Under the pieces are notes generated by a model. The model ran no database searches. It saw nothing but the letters and a program-made list of their open reading frames with translations, and was not told the DNA's origin. Positions 1-7,998 of a stretch of DNA of 26,361 nucleotides are shown piece by piece. This stretch comes from a virus (lineage: Duplodnaviria > Caudoviricetes), in the IMG/VR virus record IMGVR_UViG_3300042399_000926, positions 1 to 26,361 of that record. The stretch is one strand, 5' to 3'. The first letter of the stretch is position 1. The number at the start of each line of letters is the position of its first letter. The position numbers and the translations under genes are program-made.

Positions 1-2187
1 TTCGATTCCTATCAAAGTATTGACCATTTCGGCAACCTGTTCCTTCTTATCGCCAAACTTCTCGGCAAAAAGTTGAGTGTACTTTGACTTCTTTTTAGTC
101 TTGAAGGCTTCCTTGACTTCTTCTTCTTCCTCACCTGTATCCTTTTGTCCATCAGTATTATTCTGAGGATAGATGGCAAGTGCAGGATCAACGACCATGC
201 CAGTTTTGCTTAGGAACTGTAAGCCAAGAAGAACTTTGCTGCTCATATGCGCCCGATCACCAATACTGAACTTGATGTTTGGGTATTTCTTTCCACGGAA
301 TACGATGTCCATCAACACAACCATGCGCTTTTTCTTACCAATTCCACTCTTTACCACCAAGCGACTGACAATCTTCTTTGTGATTCTCTTACCGTTTGGC
401 AAGGTAAAGGTAACCGTATGATTGCCGTTATCCTTAATTTCATCTGCATGAATCATGTTATAGCCACTATTGCCTGTATCAATTTTGGCATGGTAGTCTA
501 CACCTTCAATTGTAATATTCTCACGCACGGCTAGATTAGAGAATAACTTCCAATGCGTCTTGACAAGAATGTAATTGACAAAATCTTCTACAAGTTCTTC
601 GCCCTTAACATTATTCTTGCCCTTGCCATCCTCGTAATAGCGGTAGTAGATATTGCCGCTACCTGGACTTGCATTCATTTCAATGATGTATGGTTTGCCA
701 TCATTAATTACATGATCGACTCCAACAAAGTAGCACTTACTGACCCGAGCGGCTTCCTCTACCAACTTGATTTCTTCATCAGAAAGTTGGAATGCGCCAC
801 CCTTTGAACCACGAGCAATGTTTGTACGGAAATCCTTAGGAGCCTTGTCTCGCTTGGCACAGGCAAATATCTTGCCATTCAGACAGATGCTGCGAACATC
901 GTTCTTGAAATCGGGCAAGAACTCTTGCATAATGATCTCTGCGCCATATTTCCACAAGGTTTGCAATACAGACTTCAGGCTCTCCATGCTTTCAATCTTG
1001 GAAACGCCGATGCCTTCAGCACCTGTGAGAGTCTTCACAATAACAGGGAACTTGCCACCAATCTCTTTAACAGCAGTTTCAATATTCTCTTCAGCCGCAA
1101 CAAAAGCGGTGCGAGGATGTGGAAGATTATGCTTCTTTAGAGCAATAGCAGTTTCTAACTTATTTGCACAGAGTTCCATTCCTCCACGCTCATTAATCAT
1201 GAATACGCCATTATTCTGCAAGATAGTCATAATAGCAACACCGATGTCGGTATTCATTACACCACCACGAACAATTGCTACAGTATCGCCAGGAACAATT
1301 GCTATATCTTTTCCTTCACCATCGTAGTTCTTAATTACAATCTTGTTGGCAATCACATTCGAAATATCAATTTGTGCTTTGGAAGTTTTAACAGCATAGA
1401 ATTCAATCTTACGCCTTTTGCAGATTTCCTGCATCTTCTCAATAGTATCACTCAAGTCTTTATCTGATGAAGTAAGAGCAAGAATGGTAACCTTGTCCGT
1501 TGGATCATCCTTGGCTTCTGGAATATATTCTTCGTTGAGTGCCATGCCCTTTCGAACATCATTGTAAAGTTGTTTGGCTAGAGTCTTGTTACCAGGAATG
1601 CCGATAGCAAATATATCGAAACGCTTGGCGAATGCAGCAGCCCGCATGAGAGATGCCGACATATACATTGGATCGACTGTCTTGCCTTTCTTTAGCATCT
1701 TATCAATGTCTGCGAGAGTAATCTTCTCTACGCGCTCTTCTCCTGCCTGAACAACATTGAAAGTATCAAAGGAATACTTGCGCTTCTTAGGATCTTTCTC
1801 TGCAATCTTACCCTTGTAGTTCACAATGCTTTTGAAGTTTTCAACCTGATCACTTCCTGCAATCATGGTGATATCGGTGTATCCCAAGTCGCACAGATAC
1901 AGAACAGCCTCGTATGGGTTTACTGCTTTGTTCAGCGGAAAGTTGCCCTGTGGGAACAACTTACGAAGATAGGATACCTTTTGTGTGTGCGTGAGTGGAT
2001 TCTTTTTTGGCTCTTGTGACTTAGAAACAAAGATAAAGTGATCTGCTCCGCGAGAACTTGCCTCATCGATAACCTTCTTTACAAGAACTCCATGACCTGT
2101 GGTGGGCGGGTTCATGCGACCATATGCAAAGACTACAGACTTCTTTGCGGGTTTCTTACTTTTTGTTGCTTCTAAAAAGGTCTTCAT
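1..2187 (-). CDS. Multidomain protein, 3'-truncated by window edge: HIGH-type cytidyltransferase/NMNAT-like domain + RimK-family ATP-grasp ligase + retropepsin-like (RimB/'ATP-dependent Zn protease'-type) aspartic peptidase
   Basis: Not in the ORF track. Manual translation from ATG at 2187 (ATGA overlap with the upstream stop) stays open for 729 codons to position 1. NTase motifs: FAYGRMNPPTTGH, KNPL, IAGSD, MSASLMR (~2150-1545). RimK motifs: NKLET, HPRT, FPVIVKTLTGAEGIGV, QEFL, DVR, FRTNIARG, GVD, IEMNASPG (~1500-560). Protease motifs: AKIDTG (DTG at 480-472) and VLLGLQFL (~520-190). Confidence 0.9.
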   Translation of the reverse strand, partial: MKTFLEATKSKKPAKKSVVFAYGRMNPPTTGHGVLVKKVIDEASSRGADHFIFVSKSQEPKKNPLTHTQKVSYLRKLFPQGNFPLNKAVNPYEAVLYLCDLGYTDITMIAGSDQVENFKSIVNYKGKIAEKDPKKRKYSFDTFNVVQAGEERVEKITLADIDKMLKKGKTVDPMYMSASLMRAAAFAKRFDIFAIGIPGNKTLAKQLYNDVRKGMALNEEYIPEAKDDPTDKVTILALTSSDKDLSDTIEKMQEICKRRKIEFYAVKTSKAQIDISNVIANKIVIKNYDGEGKDIAIVPGDTVAIVRGGVMNTDIGVAIMTILQNNGVFMINERGGMELCANKLETAIALKKHNLPHPRTAFVAAEENIETAVKEIGGKFPVIVKTLTGAEGIGVSKIESMESLKSVLQTLWKYGAEIIMQEFLPDFKNDVRSICLNGKIFACAKRDKAPKDFRTNIARGSKGGAFQLSDEEIKLVEEAARVSKCYFVGVDHVINDGKPYIIEMNASPGSGNIYYRYYEDGKGKNNVKGEELVEDFVNYILVKTHWKLFSNLAVRENITIEGVDYHAKIDTGNSGYNMIHADEIKDNGNHTVTFTLPNGKRITKKIVSRLVVKSGIGKKKRMVVLMDIVFRGKKYPNIKFSIGDRAHMSSKVLLGLQFLSKTGMVVDPALAIYPQNNTDGQKDTGEEEEEVKEAFKTKKKSKYTQLFAEKFGDKKEQVAEMVNTLIGIE

Positions 2188-3452
2188 AACTTCCAATCCT
2201 TGGCTAGGTTAAAGTTTGCCTGTGCGAACTCAATACGATCTACCAATTTAATCATCTGACAGGTATCACCACAAACAGCAACAAAGCCTTCAGGATTCGT
2301 TGCCTTGATACCAGTAGTTGTAGGTAGGTAAGTTCCAATAGTCTTGACTTCGGAAAGTCTTTTGATGATTATGAGTTTTGCCTCGCTAATAAGAGAGTGC
2401 AGTTGAAACATCTGATCGAATTGAGAAGCATAGGCATCAATAAACTTTAATGCATCTATCTTCGCCTTTTGCTTCAGTTCTTGATTCTTTGCTTGCTTTA
2501 GTTTAGCAATTGCCAAGTCATATTTTGAAGCGATATGCGTTTTCAATTTAGAGGAATCGTACTTTGAAATTCCTGCTCTGACACCTGAATTTATAAAAGG
2601 TGTTAGTTCATCAAAGATATCAGTCTTATGCGACTTGAATACGATCTTGATGAATGACTTGGTCTTGGGAGCCAAAGGTTTCATTAATTTAAGAAGTGCC
2701 GTTATTTGTGAAGAATCGCTTGCAGTAATGAATGTCTTACCTGTTGGAGGCGAAGGAAGAGTGGCTGAAGAAAACCATACATTCGTTGTCTGCTTAAATC
2801 CATCCAAAGAAGCAAGCGTTCCTTTATTCATTCCCTGCAAGGTATCAGACTTGCCTGTATATACCGTATGGAACACAATTCCTAACTTAGCAGCACCTAT
2901 CTTTTTGCCTAGAGGTGAACCAACAGGAACTGCATAGAGGATAGTATTCGGACGGAATACAAAGTTCTTAACTCCATCAATATCCATCTCTTTTCTAGAG
3001 TTGGTGCTAAACATCAGATCGCCTTGGTAGACTCCCGTGGAAGGAAGTACCGAAGGTAAATATTCCAAGCAAAGGGTGAGTTTGCTTAGTAGGTCAGCAT
3101 TATCGCCGTGATTGGTCTTAATATCTTTTGCTGTAAAGTTTATCTTTGGATTCTTGGAGGTCGTTGCGTGTTTTAGAGCAACAAAGAACTCATTGTTTGA
3201 TGGGTGTTTACCTGCCACGATAGCAGGTGCGCCATCCCATTTTGTCGTAATGACCATTTTGGCGGTTGGGGTACTGCTAGCCAAGGACTTGGCAATATTG
3301 GTCATTAGCAACATGGAATTGGATATACCATTATCCAAATCTTTTAACATCAAATCTTCAATATGCTCAAGGTGTTGAGTCTCCACCGCCTCGTTCATGG
3401 GGCAGACTCGTTGTGGTTGGGTAATCAGACTCGAAAAGTTGACTATCATCAC
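2184..3452 (-). CDS. Conserved T4-like phage protein (DUF6267-like) with ligase/capping-enzyme nucleotidyltransferase motifs
   Basis: Motifs HLEHIED, TTKWDGAPAIVAG, YQGDLMF, FRPNTILY, GIVFHT, PEGFVA and KLVDRIEF. I recall this family lying directly upstream of the cytidyltransferase in T4-like cyano/pelagiphages. Start is GTG 3452 or ATG 3449. Confidence 0.8.
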   Translation of the reverse strand: MMIVNFSSLITQPQRVCPMNEAVETQHLEHIEDLMLKDLDNGISNSMLLMTNIAKSLASSTPTAKMVITTKWDGAPAIVAGKHPSNNEFFVALKHATTSKNPKINFTAKDIKTNHGDNADLLSKLTLCLEYLPSVLPSTGVYQGDLMFSTNSRKEMDIDGVKNFVFRPNTILYAVPVGSPLGKKIGAAKLGIVFHTVYTGKSDTLQGMNKGTLASLDGFKQTTNVWFSSATLPSPPTGKTFITASDSSQITALLKLMKPLAPKTKSFIKIVFKSHKTDIFDELTPFINSGVRAGISKYDSSKLKTHIASKYDLAIAKLKQAKNQELKQKAKIDALKFIDAYASQFDQMFQLHSLISEAKLIIIKRLSEVKTIGTYLPTTTGIKATNPEGFVAVCGDTCQMIKLVDRIEFAQANFNLAKDWKL

Positions 3453-3454
3453 GG

Positions 3455-3462
3455 TATTTAGT
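3455..3462 (-). promoter_or_regulatory. T4-type late promoter variant (ACTAAATA)
   Basis: Reverse complement reads ACTAAATA a few nt upstream of the 3452/3449 start and downstream of a terminator. It resembles the TATAAATA/CTAAATA gp55-dependent consensus. Confidence 0.65.
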
Positions 3463-3482
3463 CTTCAGCAAACCTCAATTCT

Positions 3483-3513
3483 AAAGAAACAACCCCCGTA
3501 TAAGGGGGGTTGT
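3483..3513 (-). terminator. Rho-independent terminator
   Basis: Minus strand ACAACCCCC-cttatac-GGGGGTTGT (9-bp stem) followed by TTCTTT, downstream of the GroES-like gene. Confidence 0.8.
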
Positions 3514-3560
3514 CATGCCAAAGGCGCGATCTTTGGGGTCAGCGACCCATCGTGGTAAGG

Positions 3561-3944
3561 TTATACCAATTCGATTTCAGGCTGCATATTATCAAAAAGG
3601 CTAGATTCGACTTCTTGACGATCACGATATACTCCAAGGACACTTTCCTTCATAACAAGGAATAAGTATTTGTCTTCGTGCTGTGTGGCGTGTTCCCAAT
3701 ATTGGCAAATGACTTCTTCGTTATGAGTCAAAGGAAAGGCATCAGGCTTACGCGCCCATGAGAACGAGCGTCCATCGCCCATTACAGGACTATCAGAGAA
3801 CTGACTATCTCCAATAGCGTAAATCTTGCCAACAAGGACAGGAAGTCGAGAGCCGATTCGGCTATCAACATTTCCATCGACATGAGATTCAAAGACTTCC
3901 TTGGTGGTTTCAACGATGATGTAATTTGTGTTCGGAATCAGCAT
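3561..3944 (-). CDS. GroES/Cpn10-like co-chaperonin (functional analogue of T4 gp31)
   Basis: LIPNTNYIIVE ... GKIYAIG ... PLTHNEEVI ... YLFLVMKESVLGV follows the GroES strand pattern. AGGGAG Shine-Dalgarno upstream. Confidence 0.65.
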   Translation of the reverse strand: MLIPNTNYIIVETTKEVFESHVDGNVDSRIGSRLPVLVGKIYAIGDSQFSDSPVMGDGRSFSWARKPDAFPLTHNEEVICQYWEHATQHEDKYLFLVMKESVLGVYRDRQEVESSLFDNMQPEIELV

Positions 3945-3985
3945 AATAATCTCCCTAAAAAGTTAATAGTGTAAGTAGTTGCGAG

Positions 3986-4059
3986 TAGGACGATCAGGAA
4001 TCGAACCTGTGCCGAAGAGGTATAAACTCATCTGGGCCAACCAAAGACCCCCTCGTCCC
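3986..4059 (-). tRNA. tRNA-Ile, anticodon UAU (atypical D-arm region; CCA not encoded)
   Basis: Acceptor GGGACGA/TCGTCCT with discriminator A. D stem GGGTC/GGCCC. Anticodon stem ATGAG/CTCTT (one U-U) with loop TTTATAC. T arm CAGG-TTCGATT-CCTG. Confidence 0.75.
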
Positions 4060-4064
4060 ATGTG

Positions 4065-4409
4065 TTACAATCTCTTGTATGTCTTGATGCTTTTTGTTAA
4101 CACCTTATGTATCGGTTCAAATTCTTGCGTTGCTTCAGGCCCCATATAGTATCGTCCGCACTTTAGATTGGTACATTGAAATACAGTAGAGTTGTAAACA
4201 ACTGTAGCCTTTACTAATGGCTCTGAGCGAACTTCTTCATTTCCACCTATCATAAAAGTATGATCTCTTTGTGTCTTATATGTGGCACATCCACACTCAA
4301 CACAAGTCGGACATTTCTCATTACGAAAATCGTATTGTGGACTTCTTACTTGAGCAATGCCCCTTATGATTGATATCAAGATAGTTCGAACGCTGACGAT
4401 CTTCATCAT
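4065..4409 (-). CDS. Small Zn-ribbon protein (YgiT/MqsA N-terminal-like); start uncertain
   Basis: CPTCVECG ... DHTFMIGG ... CTNLKCGRYY pattern. The nearest in-frame ATGs (4409/4406) overlap the upstream gene by ~90 nt. Confidence 0.55.
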   Translation of the reverse strand: MMKIVSVRTILISIIRGIAQVRSPQYDFRNEKCPTCVECGCATYKTQRDHTFMIGGNEEVRSEPLVKATVVYNSTVFQCTNLKCGRYYMGPEATQEFEPIHKVLTKSIKTYKRL

Positions 4410-4557
4410 TACCCAATCGATAATTGAGTTCTTCAGCGAGATGACCCAACTGAATATTGTTGTTAATGGAGAGTTCATTGAGGAGTTGCTTTGCTTTCTC
4501 TTGTGCTTCCTCTACCGAACAAGCATCAAATGGAATGTCGATGTGTAATCTGTACAT
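4321..4557 (-). CDS. Hypothetical protein (78 aa), probably leaderless
   Basis: ATG at 4557 lies 7 nt downstream of a TATACT -10 box. The ORF fills the gap between neighbouring genes. Confidence 0.7.
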   Translation of the reverse strand: MYRLHIDIPFDACSVEEAQEKAKQLLNELSINNNIQLGHLAEELNYRLGNDEDRQRSNYLDINHKGHCSSKKSTIRFS

Positions 4558-4564
4558 GAATGGT

Positions 4565-4592
4565 AGTATATCACGAAGCAAGTTGTTGTCAA
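4565..4592 (-). promoter_or_regulatory. Sigma70-type early promoter, extended -10
   Basis: TTGACA-16 bp-TATACT with TGn immediately before the -10 box. Confidence 0.8.
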
Positions 4593-4596
4593 GAGG

Positions 4597-5154
4597 TCAA
4601 TCCTCTGCAATTGCCACTTCACTTAAATTATGTCTGTTTGAGATAATATATGTGGGTGGGCCTTTTCTCCATACAATTGGAGTATATTTTGGATAAAAAA
4701 TCTTCCAGTTGTAGTCTTTGATTTGCATATGTGGCAATAAATCGGCATCATGTGCAATAACATATTCTGCATGATCTACAAGTTTTTTTACAGAGTAAAA
4801 TCTAGATGTATCTCCAGATGCATCATATCCTTGATCAACAAGAACAACCCCCCATTCAACTTTTGTAAATTCATGTATTGCTACAAACCATTTGTCTTTA
4901 TCTATTACTTTGAATACATGGTTATCATTAGCCATATGAGTGAACCTATTTGTCCATTCGTAATTATCATCAACAGAAACTAATTTTCTGCCTGTCCCTT
5001 CAAGTAGTTTATGTAGTAGTTCCGTGCTATAATCACCACAACCCAATTCCAATACATCTCCAGTTGTATTTTCTACTGCCCAAATCAAGGCGGTCTGATG
5101 TGAAGCCCCTGCTTCGGTTTCGTGCTGTAATGAAATGCCGTTATAATTCTTCAT
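4597..5154 (-). CDS. Class I SAM-dependent methyltransferase-like protein
   Basis: VLELGCGDYST glycine-rich motif I, LVSVDD, VLVD, IAHD. AAGGA SD 9 nt before ATG 5154. Confidence 0.7.
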   Translation of the reverse strand: MKNYNGISLQHETEAGASHQTALIWAVENTTGDVLELGCGDYSTELLHKLLEGTGRKLVSVDDNYEWTNRFTHMANDNHVFKVIDKDKWFVAIHEFTKVEWGVVLVDQGYDASGDTSRFYSVKKLVDHAEYVIAHDADLLPHMQIKDYNWKIFYPKYTPIVWRKGPPTYIISNRHNLSEVAIAED

Positions 5155-5172
5155 TGTATTCAATCCTTTTTA

Positions 5173-5180
5173 TATTTATA
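5173..5180 (-). promoter_or_regulatory. T4 late promoter TATAAATA
   Basis: Perfect TATAAATA on the minus strand in the intergenic gap after the gp41 stop. Confidence 0.8.
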
Positions 5181-5183
5181 CGA

Positions 5184-6614
5184 TCAAGACCAATTCTCGA
5201 ACTTTCTCTTGGAAAATTTCTCATCTGAACGCTGACGAAAAGTTTTAAAACTATTGCCGCCTTCAGGTACTTCTACTTTTTCTTCATCGCCCTTTCCACC
5301 CATTCGTGAAATACCCTTTTGTGCCTGTGCATCAAGATCAAACAACTTCATCTTGCTTCGATCTACACCCACAACAAAGCGGCGGTATGCAGATGGATCA
5401 CCATAACGATTTTTCAATTGTTTGACCATGAGTTGCCCTAATTCCTCAAGTTCTTCGGTGGAGATTAGAGCAATCATAAAGTCTGCTGTTGCAGGAAGAC
5501 CGAATGACTCACTTGTATTTGTTAGTTCGACATCACTATTAGAAAACCCCTCACGATTTGTCTGTGTAGCGGTGAAGATTGGAACATCATACTTGACTGC
5601 CATGCCACGAAGTTCTTCTGCAATCGCCTTGACATAAGTGTACGAGTTGACATTAGCGTTTGCCTTGAAGCGACTAGATGCACAAATGTTCAGGTAATCG
5701 ATAAACACAATGTCTGGCTTGAAGTTCTTCTTCAGTCGCAGTTCATCTAAGAGGGCTTCAAAGTGCATTGCATTTGCAGTAGCAGTTGGATATTCCTTGA
5801 TGATTAACTTAGAAGAGGTAGAGGACATGATACGCTGCATCTTGCGGCTGTAGATATCCTTAGGCAATTTCTTCAAATCATCAAGTGAGATGTCCATGAG
5901 GTTAGCATCAATGCGTTCTGCAATACGCTCCTCTGCCATTTCGCAAGTGATGTAGAGGACATTGTTTCCTGTGATGAGGCAGTTGGCAGCATGATGACAC
6001 ATGAACAGACTCTTACCCACGCCCGTACCTGCGAGGATCACATTCAGAGTCTTGCTCGGAACACCACCCTGTGTAATTTTGTTCATGTACTCCAAGTCAA
6101 ACGGCATCTTGCGTTCGACCTTATGGTAGAAGTCAAACCGCTCATTGTGGTCTTCGATAAAGTCATGTCCAATGTGTGTATCAAAGGAGACTGCCAATGC
6201 ATCTGTTAGTATTTCGGGAATGGCATTCTGTGTCTTTGTACCCTTACCATCGATGATCTGAATCGATTCCATGATGGCATTGTAGACAGCCTTGTCACGG
6301 CAGAACTTCTCAGTAGCATCGACTAACCATTTGGTATCAGGTTTATCGAAGGAGATAAGTTCATCTAGCAATTTCTTTCCTTGCTTGAACTCCTCCTCAG
6401 ATGTTCCCTCTCGATTGGAGAGATCAATTGTAATGGTCTCAATCGTAGGAGTCTTGTTGTACTTCAGGATAAACCCTGCAATGGTTTCGTAGACCACACG
6501 CTCGGTGCGATCCATAAAGTATTCGGGCTTTAGAAAAGGCAAAGTCCTCCGTGCGTATTCTTCATCATGAATAAGCGAACGGAGGACTAAGGTTTCAATA
6601 CGGTCATTTGGCAT
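5184..6614 (-). CDS. 41: Replicative DNA helicase, T4 gp41-like (DnaB family)
   Basis: Walker A LAGTGVGKS, YITCEMAEERIAERIDAN, IKEYPT, IDYLNIC, KAIAEELRG, TATQTNR, SESFGLPATAD, KQLKNRY. Confidence 0.97.
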   Translation of the reverse strand: MPNDRIETLVLRSLIHDEEYARRTLPFLKPEYFMDRTERVVYETIAGFILKYNKTPTIETITIDLSNREGTSEEEFKQGKKLLDELISFDKPDTKWLVDATEKFCRDKAVYNAIMESIQIIDGKGTKTQNAIPEILTDALAVSFDTHIGHDFIEDHNERFDFYHKVERKMPFDLEYMNKITQGGVPSKTLNVILAGTGVGKSLFMCHHAANCLITGNNVLYITCEMAEERIAERIDANLMDISLDDLKKLPKDIYSRKMQRIMSSTSSKLIIKEYPTATANAMHFEALLDELRLKKNFKPDIVFIDYLNICASSRFKANANVNSYTYVKAIAEELRGMAVKYDVPIFTATQTNREGFSNSDVELTNTSESFGLPATADFMIALISTEELEELGQLMVKQLKNRYGDPSAYRRFVVGVDRSKMKLFDLDAQAQKGISRMGGKGDEEKVEVPEGGNSFKTFRQRSDEKFSKRKFENWS

Positions 6615-6621
6615 TCAGGAT

Positions 6622-6649
6622 ATTATAACAGAAAATCCTTTATAGTCAA
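6622..6649 (-). promoter_or_regulatory. Sigma70-type promoter for gp41, extended -10, likely leaderless
   Basis: TTGACT-16 bp-TATAAT with TGn; 7 nt between the -10 box and ATG 6614. Confidence 0.8.
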
Positions 6650-6663
6650 GCGGAGATAATATA

Positions 6664-7998
6664 TTATTTTCTGCTTTCAAAGAAGGAATCTACAGTTTTA
6701 CCAACATAATCAAGTTGCTCGTCAGTAATGACTGGACTTACGCCCAAGAAGAAGGTATCTGTTGTTACCTTTGTTGCAACAGGAAATTGCTTCTTTGCAT
6801 CAATATGAGGTGCTACTTCAGAATAGCCAGGTTGTAACAAAATGTTACCTGCAAAATAATTTCTTGTCTGAATTTTACTGTTCTCCAAGAACATAGTTAA
6901 ATCTTTGCGCTTAAATGGTGCATCATCACGAACGGTTAATGGGAATGCAAACCAAGACGGATTTGTCTTTGCATTTGCGCGTGGCATATGGAAATAATTC
7001 TCATACTTTGCAAATACATCAAACAGACGAGCATAATTGTGTTTACGGATAGCAATAATCTCATCTAATTTTTCAAGTTGAACAAGACCTATAGCAGCCT
7101 GTAGATCTAGGGGCTTTAGATTATATCCAATTTCCTCATAAACAAATTTGTGGTCAAACACTTCATCGGGAAGACTTGGCAACCAATTACTAAACCTCTT
7201 CTTGCACATCCCATTCTTTAGACAAGACGCAGCAGCACCATAACAGTAGCAGCCTCTTCCCCATTCGCGTAAACTCTTCACTACGATATTCTGTTCCTCT
7301 GTTTGGCAAGCAACAAATCCACCCTCGCCTAGAGTGATGTGATGAGCGGGATAAAATGAGCAAGATGCAAATGTACCAAAACTACCAAGCAACTTGCCAT
7401 CGTAAGTAGTTCCAAGTGCATCACAACAATCTTCAAGAAGAATCAAATCGTAACGCTTTACGATATCCATAATTTGATCCATATTTGGACAATTGCCTAA
7501 TACATGGGCAAATATAAGAGCCTTTGCTCCCTGCTTTGCGGCTTCCTCTACTTGATCTACATTTAGATTCAAAGTATCCAACTCAATATCAACAAATACC
7601 GGCTCAAACCCATTTTGAATGATGGGATTGATTGTGGTTGGAAACCCCGCTACGGGTGTAATGATTTTTGTTCCTGGCTTGAATCCAAATAGTCTTTTGG
7701 ACTTTAAAGCAGATACCATAAGAAGATTTGCACTTGATCCACTATTTACAAGCGCACCGTGATCCTTGCCAAGGCGGCTTCGAAAGTTTCGTTCAAATCT
7801 AAATCCATTCTCACCAAGAGCAAGCCATCCTCCAAGTAGACAATCAATAGCAGCAACATACTCATCTTCTGTAAAGTAGTTTCCTGCATACTGTACCCAA
7901 CTCTCGCCAGGTATCCACTTCTTCTTGTTTGCTGTTAAGCGATCCTTAACAAGTTCCTGTAGTTGCTTGTTCTTATTGTCAATACTGATGTCCATCAT
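6664..7998 (-). CDS. rfbH: CDP-4-keto-6-deoxy-D-glucose 3-dehydrase (E1, RfbH/DdhC-like), PMP and [2Fe-2S] dependent
   Basis: NSGSSANL, EDCCDALG, SFYPAHHITLGEGG (His where aminotransferases have Lys), Cys-rich WGRGCYC...C...CKKRF insert, IGYNLK. Confidence 0.88.
   Translation of the reverse strand: MMDISIDNKNKQLQELVKDRLTANKKKWIPGESWVQYAGNYFTEDEYVAAIDCLLGGWLALGENGFRFERNFRSRLGKDHGALVNSGSSANLLMVSALKSKRLFGFKPGTKIITPVAGFPTTINPIIQNGFEPVFVDIELDTLNLNVDQVEEAAKQGAKALIFAHVLGNCPNMDQIMDIVKRYDLILLEDCCDALGTTYDGKLLGSFGTFASCSFYPAHHITLGEGGFVACQTEEQNIVVKSLREWGRGCYCYGAAASCLKNGMCKKRFSNWLPSLPDEVFDHKFVYEEIGYNLKPLDLQAAIGLVQLEKLDEIIAIRKHNYARLFDVFAKYENYFHMPRANAKTNPSWFAFPLTVRDDAPFKRKDLTMFLENSKIQTRNYFAGNILLQPGYSEVAPHIDAKKQFPVATKVTTDTFFLGVSPVITDEQLDYVGKTVDSFFESRK

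Noticed and set aside
173-1327. Plus-strand ORFs from the track (also those throughout the window)
   Set aside because: Antisense shadows of motif-bearing minus-strand genes, with no recognisable motifs of their own.
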